NCBI GenBank assembly: GCA_963794945.1
Contig: CAWCFT010000015.1
Location: 96,001 to 160,000 of the forward strand
Reading direction: 5' to 3'
DNA: 64,000 nt
Source: Endomicrobiales bacterium
Lineage (GTDB): Bacteria > Elusimicrobiota > Endomicrobiia > Endomicrobiales > CAWCFT01
This document shows, piece by piece, positions 41,807-49,480 of this stretch (the first letter of the stretch is position 1; the number at the start of each line of letters is the position of its first letter). The position numbers were made by a program, and so were the translations under genes. The notes beneath the pieces were generated by a model. That model saw only the letters and a program-made list of their open reading frames with translations. It did no database searches and was not told where the DNA came from.

Positions 41807-41851
41807 TCCCGCATATTCGGGTATCTTAGTTCCCGCACTTTTGGGTATCTT
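41807..41851. repeat. Iteron-like 21-bp direct repeat pair
   Basis: tcccgcatattcgggtatctt / tcccgcacttttgggtatctt (18/21). Confidence 0.7.
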
Positions 41852-41872
41852 CCTTAACATCTCTGCTTTTAA

Positions 41873-42352
41873 TCATAACATCTTTGTTCCCGTCCTTTGA
41901 TTTGCCTTTAAGGGTAAAATGCTGAAAGCAGGTGTTGACTTTGCTGTGCCTTTCTTACGTTGTGTTGCCTTTTGCTTTCTTGCCCTAACTCTATCAATAT
42001 GTTCTTGAGTAAGAAAAGCCGGTTTATTTAAGTTCAACTTATAATATCTAACCCACCCGGTCTTTAAATTAGAAACAAGTCCCAGTTCCGTTAATTCTTT
42101 AATATAATCGCAAATATGATCTCTACTTACTTCCGCCTCTGCCGACAACGTCTTATTTGCCAATTTTCCCACATAGTCCCTAACACAAACATATCGCTGT
42201 AAAACATCATATACCCTGCGTGCAGTAGGGCTTAAAATGTTATACATTGCATTATCGTAAAACCAATCAGGTGTCATACGAAAATACTTGTCTACTAATT
42301 TTGGCTTTACTTGTTGAATATCCGGCATTTCCGGAGCAAATTCTGTTTCCAT
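41873..42352 (-). CDS. Winged-HTH replication-initiator-like protein
   Basis: LSPTARRVY..L, TLSAEAEVSR..I...IKEL..LGLV pattern. Confidence 0.65.
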   Translation of the reverse strand: METEFAPEMPDIQQVKPKLVDKYFRMTPDWFYDNAMYNILSPTARRVYDVLQRYVCVRDYVGKLANKTLSAEAEVSRDHICDYIKELTELGLVSNLKTGWVRYYKLNLNKPAFLTQEHIDRVRARKQKATQRKKGTAKSTPAFSILPLKANQRTGTKML

Positions 42353-42381
42353 CTCAATCTCACCGTTTTCTTATTAAATTA

Positions 42382-42636
42382 TTACATTTCCCGTTTCCTA
42401 GAGAAAAGCCAGTCCTTTGTTGATCTCAGGCTGTCAACATACTTTCTAATACTAACCTTTAAATCCCCTGACCAGTATTGAACCGCCAGTTTATCTGTAT
42501 CACCTGAGAATATAAATATTAATCTATCGCCTTCTTTGTCTAATCTAATTGGTTTTTGAAACAAGGAAAGTGCCGAAGCTTCATGCAGGTCTGCCGTGCG
42601 GTATTCTTTATCAATCTGCTCTTGTCTTTTCTTCAT
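42382..42636 (-). CDS. Small protein, DUF5659-like
   Basis: YRTADL..AS.L...IFIF...YW.GDL.V....Y..LR..K..LF; GGAGG RBS before ATG 42636. Confidence 0.65.
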   Translation of the reverse strand: MKKRQEQIDKEYRTADLHEASALSLFQKPIRLDKEGDRLIFIFSGDTDKLAVQYWSGDLKVSIRKYVDSLRSTKDWLFSRKREM

Positions 42637-42803
42637 CTCTATCCTCCGTATTATAAATATTTTCTGTTGATACATATTCCTTCTACTATTAACTATATCA
42701 GAGATTTACCCCACCCTGCCAAACGACTTTTTTTGGTGTAATAAAATCTTGAACATATCTCCTGAAATGCTTCACCTGCAAACTGTCATCAATCCTGAAA
42801 TAG

Positions 42804-42975
42804 AGTTGACAATAAAAAAAGCCCGAACAGGCGTAATTTTCATTACGTCCATTCGGGCTCTCTGGCTCTGGGTTACTTTATTAGGCTCACTGGCTCAAGT
42901 TGTCAATCAAGAACCCACGAAATAAACGTATTCTTACGCTAATTCGGGTGTTCTGTTTTTTCAGATTGACCCTGA
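42804..42975 (-). ncRNA. Candidate structured leader RNA
   Basis: Long imperfect hairpin 42902-42970, GAGCCAGWGAGCC twice, then a terminator. Confidence 0.45.
42814..42858 (-). terminator. Intrinsic terminator in the leader of the element core operon
   Basis: GCCCGAA-tggacgtaatgaaaattacgcctg-TTCGGGC followed by T7 on the minus strand. Confidence 0.75.
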
Positions 42976-43133
42976 ATTTTGATATACAAAAAACAGAAGC
43001 GGAAAAATCAACATTATACGCATACCTTTTTTGTAATCATATTCAGTTCAGAAAGATCAAATACAAACTTTGCATATATATTAAATCATATTGAAAACAA
43101 AAAATCAAACGTTATCTTCCAAGTACAGCATTA

Positions 43134-43547
43134 CTATTTTTGAGCAGTAGGTGCTGAGTCAATTGTTTTTTTAAATCCCGGCATCTGTATTTCCTCTAAT
43201 TGAGCATGCAATGCGTCCTCGTCTATTGAGTACCAAGCCCCAGTAGAGGCATCTACAATCATGGGAAGGAATCCGCATATACAATCCAACAAAACCCAGC
43301 CTATTTCTATATTATCTGAAACAATACTATAGCTACTTTCGTACCCTTCTTTTTTAAACTGTATGTAAGCATATTTATTGTTTCTAAATTTTAACCGACA
43401 GGGCGTTCTGCCTGCGGGTAAACCATTAATTAGAACAATAGCATCGCTTGGAATCGATGTTAAGGTAACTATACTGGAATTATTGCCTTTAATAATTGTT
43501 GCACAACTTGATAAAAATACACACAAAACCAAAAGACACTTTTTCAT
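43134..43547 (-). CDS. PEGA-domain lipoprotein
   Basis: LSSCATII lipobox; S.PSDA.V.ING...GRTP; VDASTGAWY. Confidence 0.8.
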   Translation of the reverse strand: MKKCLLVLCVFLSSCATIIKGNNSSIVTLTSIPSDAIVLINGLPAGRTPCRLKFRNNKYAYIQFKKEGYESSYSIVSDNIEIGWVLLDCICGFLPMIVDASTGAWYSIDEDALHAQLEEIQMPGFKKTIDSAPTAQK

Positions 43548-43785
43548 TCATTTTCTCCCTTTGATCAAAACTGCTATCGCAATATTTTGGCAACCATACA
43601 GTAAACTCATCTAGCATTATATTGCTAAATGTTTTTACAAACACTCTTTCCCATTTTTTTCCTGTAACCTGTTCATGATATTTCTTTTTCTTTAATATAC
43701 TTAATAATTTATTGACTTCTTTGCTATTATAAGCGTGATCTAAACTGCTTTTTGAATATCTTCTTTTAAATATCGCTTGGCTCAT
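43489..43785 (-). CDS. Hypothetical protein
   Basis: GAGG RBS, 98 aa, no recognisable motif; 3' end overlaps the next gene. Confidence 0.45.
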   Translation of the reverse strand: MSQAIFKRRYSKSSLDHAYNSKEVNKLLSILKKKKYHEQVTGKKWERVFVKTFSNIMLDEFTVWLPKYCDSSFDQREKMNEKVSFGFVCIFIKLCNNY

Positions 43786-44482
43786 AAACTACCTCTTATC
43801 CGGATTCCTTACCACTTCCATTAGCTAAATATGACCCGTTTCTATTTCATTGCTTTTATTAAAAGGTGAATTTCATTTGCTAACCCCATATTCACTTTCT
43901 CTAATTTCGGGATCAGCTTCTGTGCTTTTTCTTTGTTATTGCTTATTAAATACAAAATGCTTAGATAATAAAGCGTGTCTTTTTCATCAGGCTTGGACAT
44001 CAGTACATTTTCATAAGCTTTAATGGCTAGATTATATTTCCCTATATCTTCATATGCATTACCAAGGTATAAATTAATATCTGGATCATTTTTAATATGA
44101 GCGTTCGCAGTTTCCAAAAGTTTTACTTCTTCATCATATTTCGATGTTTCATACAATATTTGAGAATAATCAATATATGCATATAAATAGTTTTTATCTA
44201 TTTCAAGAGCTTTAATGAAATAGTCTACTGCCTTATCGTATTCTTTTCGATTTTTAGCTACCATTCCATTAGCATAATAATAATCAGGGCTTCTATCTTT
44301 GTATTCTTGATTTTTACTATTAGATACTAGCTCCACATTTTCAATAGGTATTGCAAAATTAATATTTTGCGTATCGGAATTGCCTTTATTAACAAGTGAA
44401 CTCGAAGTAATTCCAATTATCTTTCCATTTGAATTAAAAAGTCCGCCACCACTACGAGAATTTCCTATAATCAGTTGAAATA

Positions 44483-44511
44483 TTGAACCACGGTCTCACA
44501 AACGCTATAAT
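44483..44511 (+). promoter_or_regulatory. Transposase promoter
   Basis: TTGAAC-17 bp-TATAAT. Confidence 0.6.
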
Positions 44512-44551
44512 GGGTTTTGCTTAAGAAACTCAAATAAAGCGAAAGGAGACC

Positions 44552-45814
44552 ATGGCAATGAAAAGAGTAGCTAAAAATGGAGTAAAAAGCAATGAGGTAA
44601 GAAGTGAGGAAGTGGTGTCGGCGGATGCAAGCCGAGAAGCGCGAATTGCAATGATACAGGCGCTTATTCCATTAGGACTGGAAGCGGTATGCCAAGAGTT
44701 GCAACGAGAGGTTACGGAGCTTGCGGGAGTACGGTACGGGCGAGAAGGCGAGGCATACCGGTGGGGTAGCAACAAGGGGTCAGTATACGTCGGTGATCAG
44801 AAGTTGCGCATAACGGTACCCCGAGTGCGCAAGGCTGGCAGCAATGAAGAGATTCCGCTTAAAGGGTACCAGCGGTTACGAGAGACAGGTATAATTGATG
44901 ACATTGCGTTACGGCGTGTAATTCACGGCGTGAGCAGCCAGAACTACCGTGCGGCTGCAATAGCGATTCCAGAGACCTTCGGGATAGCACGCAACAGTGT
45001 GTCAAAGTTATGGATACGCGCATCAAGCAAGAAACTGAGAGAGTTGCAGGAGCGTTCTTTGGATGAGTACGACATTGTTTCGATCATTCTTGACGGTAAA
45101 TCGTTTGGCGACAATGAGATGATTATAGGGCTTGGTGTGACCCTGACAGGGAATAAAGTAATCCTGGGGATGATTGAATCGAACACAGAGAACTTTACGG
45201 TATGCCGTGATTTTCTTAACAGTTTGGTTGCCCGAGGGTTGAGTTTGGACAAAGAATACCTGTTTATTATAGACGGTGGCAAGGGATTAAGAAAAGCGAT
45301 TGGATCGGTGTTCGGAAAGAAGGGCATTGTGCAGCGGTGTCAGTGGCATAAACGTGAGAACGTGGCCGGATATTTGCCGAAAGAGAAGCAGGCGGAGTGG
45401 CGAAGAAAGCTACAGGCGGCGTATGAACAGCCGGACTATGAAAAGGCCAGGAAGCGTTTAAAGTCGCTGCGGAACGAACTGGAGCGGATAAATATTTCAG
45501 CAGTACGAAGCCTTGATGAGGGGTTTGAAGAAACGCTTACACTACACCGGCTGGGCGTATTTGAAGAGCTGGGAATCAGTTTCAAAACGACCAACCTTAT
45601 TGAGAACGTCAACAGCGGTCTTCAACGCCGGACAGGAAGGGTAACGCGCTGGCATACGAGTGACCAGCGTCAACGGTGGGTGGCAACAGCGCTGCTAGAA
45701 ATAGAACCTCGGTTAAACAAATTGAGGGGTTACAAATATCTGCCGATGTTGCGTATGGCGATGAAATCATTTGCGTCGGAAAACGAAGATCAGGAACTTG
45801 GGCAAGCGGCTTGA
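44552..45814 (+). CDS. IS256 (mutator) family transposase
   Basis: ILDG, IIDGGKGL, QRCQWHK, TTNLIE (DDE). Confidence 0.93.
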   Translation: MAMKRVAKNGVKSNEVRSEEVVSADASREARIAMIQALIPLGLEAVCQELQREVTELAGVRYGREGEAYRWGSNKGSVYVGDQKLRITVPRVRKAGSNEEIPLKGYQRLRETGIIDDIALRRVIHGVSSQNYRAAAIAIPETFGIARNSVSKLWIRASSKKLRELQERSLDEYDIVSIILDGKSFGDNEMIIGLGVTLTGNKVILGMIESNTENFTVCRDFLNSLVARGLSLDKEYLFIIDGGKGLRKAIGSVFGKKGIVQRCQWHKRENVAGYLPKEKQAEWRRKLQAAYEQPDYEKARKRLKSLRNELERINISAVRSLDEGFEETLTLHRLGVFEELGISFKTTNLIENVNSGLQRRTGRVTRWHTSDQRQRWVATALLEIEPRLNKLRGYKYLPMLRMAMKSFASENEDQELGQAA

Positions 45815-46436
45815 CTGTGGCTTGTTTCAACTAAGAAAAGGATTGACTCCACCACTACTACCGGGAGAAATAGGTGCTGTAAATTGTATAAGTTCAACAC
45901 CGTTGTATTTTCTTTTTGGATAGCTAATTATCCCCTCACCAACAGTAGCCTCTAAACCCATTGGAGAACCAATTGTAAATACTTTTTCGCCTACTTTAAT
46001 ATTTACTGAATCGCCTATTCTTGCGAATGGAGTTCCCTTTGCATCAAATTGGAGTATGATAATATCATACTCAGGGCTAACACCAACAACATCTTTTAAT
46101 CGATAATATGCTCCGGAAGGAAGTTTGGCTTGAACGTCATATGCCCTACTAACAACATGATAATTTGTTACTAGCTTGCCTTTAGAGTCAAGAAAAATAC
46201 CGCTTCCAGTAGCAATAGTATTCCCTTGTCTATCTAAAGAAATAATAGTCGCAATTGCTTCGGAATTTTCAGAAAGTATAATAGTTTTGTTCCTATCCAA
46301 ATACTTTTCAATAACAACACCCGCAATGAACGCTAAAATTAAGGCAATAATTATTTCTTTTGCAAATTTTCTAAATAAAAATAGTATTTTCATTCTCAAT
46401 ACCTCTCTAAACAGGCTAAATTTGACTTAACGACAT

Positions 46437-46763
46437 TTACTCCCATTTATCCTTCTGTTTAGCTTCTTCTTTAGTTTGCCATTGCATATTAGAAGGCGTA
46501 TCTGCACCACCACGCTTTAAGGGTACAACATGATCAACTACATACCCTTTTCTGCCATGTGGATACCCAGTTTGTTTCTCAAAAGCTCTTTTGGCTTTTT
46601 CGCTTCTCTTTATTCTACCCTTAGAATCTCTTTGTACACCCACAGCATAATTAGATTTATGCTTGCCTGTATGAGAATAACCTGAATCATACTTTTTTGT
46701 GCGTGCCTCTACATGCGAAAAAGCAAGTAAGCATAAAGTCATTAATACAATTATTCTTTTCAT
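46437..46763 (-). CDS. Secreted HNH-motif protein
   Basis: Signal peptide (VEA); GYVVDHVVPLKRGGADTPSNMQW. Confidence 0.8.
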   Translation of the reverse strand: MKRIIVLMTLCLLAFSHVEARTKKYDSGYSHTGKHKSNYAVGVQRDSKGRIKRSEKAKRAFEKQTGYPHGRKGYVVDHVVPLKRGGADTPSNMQWQTKEEAKQKDKWE

Positions 46764-46798
46764 ACTCTAGAGAGTGGTTAGTGCAGTTTATTTCAAAT

Positions 46799-48004
46799 CT
46801 ATTTCACGCTATTTCGTGGCACTGTGCTGTCCAATTTGGACACAAATGAATTTACAATTGAACTAAATACATTATCATTTTTATTAGCAATTCTATTATA
46901 CTTATCTACCTCTGAATTGTATTCGCCAATTTCCTGTGTAATCTTTTGAATTAATTTATTGTGCGGATTAACCAGATTATTGTAATCATTTATATCATTA
47001 CTCTTTTTATCATACTCCATTTCATTATTAACAGATGTTAACTGAAGTTTATCGGTTTCTATTTGGTTATTTAATGCTATTAACTCAGTTTTATATTTGG
47101 CAAGTTCTGCACCTTTCTGTTGTTTAGCATTCATGAATACAATATAACACGTAATACAAACGGCAACTAATGCAACTTGTATAATGTTCGTTTTTCTTTT
47201 TTGTTTTTCCAATATTTTAATTGTGTTTGGGACATGTTTAGGTTTAATAAACATATTATTGGACAAATAGTATCGGGCATCCGGTTTTATGAAACCAATT
47301 ACATCTTCCAAACTGCTTCCTCGTTCTTTTAAATATATCCGTGTAAAACGGCTATATTCTTCTGGCTTAAAATATCCAAATGAAAATTTTTCTGTACGCC
47401 AGTAAAGAAACCCTATACACACCAAAATTATTGTTAGCCACCAGTTTGATGAATATTTATAGCCATTTATTACAAGTAATGGTAATCCTGTATATATTGT
47501 AGCCAGATCAGTCAATAGTTCGTTTTCTCTCACATCTTCTAATCTTATACCTAAGCGATCCAAATACAGATGCATTATTTCGTGAGCAAGAACTGCACCA
47601 ATTGCGAAAGGGTCATTACAATATCTAGTGTTTACCAATATTATTTCTGTTGTCTTATCCTCTATAATTCTTTTTGTGAATATGCCCGGCACATCCCCCG
47701 CCCTAAGTTCTACAAGCATTTTTGAATCTACAAAATCCACAATACAGTTATTTGCAGGAATCTTAAGAATATCAAATATACTTTTTGCCATATAACGTAT
47801 GCCGTCAGAACCACCTATGAAATATTGTTTGTAAATGTCATCCGGAAAAAATAGATTATTTTGAACATCTATGGGTAGCTTGTCTTTCAGAAGTTTAATT
47901 TTATCATTCGTATTTATAGATGTGTTTAAAAGCTTTGCCTTACATTTAGTACAAAACGTATTTATATCGTTATTTTTAGTTCCACACGCTTTACAAGTAA
48001 GCAT
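46799..48004 (-). CDS. Zn-ribbon + HEXXH metallopeptidase-like membrane protein with coiled coil
   Basis: CKAC..CTKC; LAHEIMH...ENELLTD; FGY; two hydrophobic segments. Confidence 0.7.
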   Translation of the reverse strand: MLTCKACGTKNNDINTFCTKCKAKLLNTSINTNDKIKLLKDKLPIDVQNNLFFPDDIYKQYFIGGSDGIRYMAKSIFDILKIPANNCIVDFVDSKMLVELRAGDVPGIFTKRIIEDKTTEIILVNTRYCNDPFAIGAVLAHEIMHLYLDRLGIRLEDVRENELLTDLATIYTGLPLLVINGYKYSSNWWLTIILVCIGFLYWRTEKFSFGYFKPEEYSRFTRIYLKERGSSLEDVIGFIKPDARYYLSNNMFIKPKHVPNTIKILEKQKRKTNIIQVALVAVCITCYIVFMNAKQQKGAELAKYKTELIALNNQIETDKLQLTSVNNEMEYDKKSNDINDYNNLVNPHNKLIQKITQEIGEYNSEVDKYNRIANKNDNVFSSIVNSFVSKLDSTVPRNSVK

Positions 48005-48024
48005 TATATTTTCACCTCTATAAT

Positions 48025-48057
48025 AAAAAAAACCACACCGCTGTTAAACGTGTGGTT
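48025..48057 (-). terminator. Terminator-like hairpin upstream of the HEXXH gene
   Basis: AACCACAC...GTGTGGTT plus T-run on the minus strand. Confidence 0.6.
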
Positions 48058-48130
48058 ACTTAATTATCTGATTGCCGGATTCCTGCCCCAAATCTCCATC
48101 TCATACCCCAAGAAATGCGACTATGTAGAT

Positions 48131-48159
48131 ATGATATATCTTTGAAAGGTGGGTGTCAA
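48131..48159 (-). promoter_or_regulatory. Sigma70-type promoter
   Basis: TTGACA-17 bp-TATCAT. Confidence 0.65.
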
Positions 48160-48171
48160 GGAATGCAATAT

Positions 48172-48663
48172 TTATTCAAACCATCTAACAGACAAAAATT
48201 TATTACCTATTCTATTCAATCTTCCATCTCGTGTAAGAATTGTTACGTTTTCTTTCCCGTGAATATAGCACAATTCTATTCCCATCGCGATTATTAAAAT
48301 ATCAAGTGAACTTAGATAGCCTTCTTTCTTACCAATAGGCGTTGTGTGTTCTTCTTTAAATATTTTATCTGAATTTATATTATGATACCTATGTAAATCA
48401 TATGCATATAGCAAGTTCCTATCATGGACAGCTTTAATAAAGTTTCCTCTCCATTCGTTGTATATCTTTTCATCCAGCTTCCCATTTTTATAATCCCTAA
48501 AACAGTATTTTGCAAACGTATTCAATACTTCCGTTATACAAAACTGTGGGATATATAAAAAAGCTTGCCCCAAAGCTTTTTCTTGGAAAAAATCAAGTTT
48601 AGTTTTTCCGGCATTTTCTATAGCATAGACAAAAGCCGAAGTATCTATCAAATAATACTTCAT
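48172..48663 (-). CDS. PIN-domain (VapC-like) ribonuclease
   Basis: YLIDTSA, ITEV, SSLD..IIA, ILTRD. Confidence 0.85.
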   Translation of the reverse strand: MKYYLIDTSAFVYAIENAGKTKLDFFQEKALGQAFLYIPQFCITEVLNTFAKYCFRDYKNGKLDEKIYNEWRGNFIKAVHDRNLLYAYDLHRYHNINSDKIFKEEHTTPIGKKEGYLSSLDILIIAMGIELCYIHGKENVTILTRDGRLNRIGNKFLSVRWFE

Positions 48664-48674
48664 AATTAAACGAT

Positions 48675-48839
48675 TTAGCGATAACGGCGAGATTCTTCGA
48701 GTAATCTGGATGGAGAGCCTTTACATTCTTTCGTGATATTATGCATTTTTTCAACAGCTCTAAGCCCCATGACAATATTATTGTCAATCTTCTTGCCATT
48801 GTCCTTAGCTTCTTTAATAATCTTCTGAACGTAAGTCAT
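48675..48839 (-). CDS. Putative antitoxin, 54 aa (not in the ORF track)
   Basis: AAGGGG RBS; MTYVQKIIKEAKDNGKKIDNNIVMGLRAVEKMHNITKECKGSPSRLLEESRRYR*; ends 11 bp before the PIN gene. Confidence 0.6.
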   Translation of the reverse strand: MTYVQKIIKEAKDNGKKIDNNIVMGLRAVEKMHNITKECKGSPSRLLEESRRYR

Positions 48840-49263
48840 ATAATTGCCCCTTTTAAACGGTTGTTCTCTATAATTATAATATCACACAACATGATTAGCA
48901 ATGACTTTTTCGAATTAAGAATGATTGAAGTGTCACCATACTATCTTAAATAGCTACAAAAGTCAAATCCCCCTTCCTAAACTATCCCCCAACTAAAGAT
49001 AAAGTCTCGGTGGGTCAAACTCTAGAAAATACCACCATTGGTGATCATTCTTATTATCTACAACCCCTAAAAGAATGCTTTGCTAAAGACATCCCTTGTT
49101 TTACATGGGTATACGATACCCAAGTGAAAAAGTTTGTCCAAAGTTTGTTTGTGACTGCCCAAAAGCAGGGCAAACCAAACTGAAATACTCAGAAATTGAC
49201 AGCGTAATAGTTTATGTGATTTATCGTAGGAAAAAGGAATATAGGTGAAGGGCTGTTGTTATA

Positions 49264-49307
49264 GATTTTAAGTCCTGTGCGTCTGCCAGTTCCGCCACCC
49301 CGGCACT
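49264..49307 (-). repeat. att core direct repeat, copy 2 = displaced 5' half of tRNA-Leu
   Basis: Identical to 39161-39204; diverges just after the anticodon loop. Confidence 0.95.
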
Positions 49308-49322
49308 TTTGAAAATCGCTTT

Positions 49323-49352
49323 ATTATACAATAAGGTTTCTGTTAGTGTCAA
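49323..49352 (-). promoter_or_regulatory. Original tRNA-Leu promoter
   Basis: TTGACA-18 bp-TATAAT; -10 ends 18 bp before the first tRNA base of the fragment. Confidence 0.8.
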
Positions 49353-49480
49353 TTTAGCCTGTTTTTCATCAAAGCCGTTTGTTCCCAAGTATTGCCTATC
49401 CCTGAACACCGAAACTCTACAGTTGGCTAACGCCTATTTTTTGCGCCGCACCATCTTCACGAAATGCCCAAGATATTTAA

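Larger units (their letters stand above)
44456..45849 (+). mobile_element. IS256-family insertion sequence (1394 bp)
   Basis: Imperfect 25-bp TIRs GAG...AGTTGAAA (17/25); 9-bp TSD CACCACTAC at 44447-44455 and 45850-45858. Confidence 0.92.
43842..46399 (-). pseudogene. Membrane-anchored trypsin-like serine protease + TPR protein, disrupted by IS256
   Basis: GSG, VTNYHV, D, GSPMG, TAPISPGSSGG|GLFNSNGKIIGI, then TPRs; removing the IS and one TSD gives a 1155-nt open frame. Confidence 0.9.
39161..49307. mobile_element. ~10.1 kb integrative element (satellite/IME-like) in tRNA-Leu(TAA)
   Basis: 44-bp flanking direct repeats, adjacent tyrosine integrase and Xis, visibly AT-richer than flanks. Confidence 0.92.

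Noticed and set aside
41785..41807. Perfect TTGACA and TATAAT hexamers on the + strand
   Set aside because: The spacer is only 11 bp, incompatible with sigma70
43134..48839. Co-oriented cargo genes as an integron cassette array
   Set aside because: Only isolated GTTRRRY/AAC-like boxes, no complete attC hairpins, and the integrase is phage-type with tRNA att sites
39161..49307. Complete prophage or ICE
   Set aside because: No terminase, capsid, tail, lysis, relaxase or conjugation genes
46409..49364. ~17-nt inverted near-match gtcaa(a)tttagcctgttt at ~46410 and ~49350
   Set aside because: Short, AT-rich, one copy lies outside the element, and it marks no boundary; probably chance
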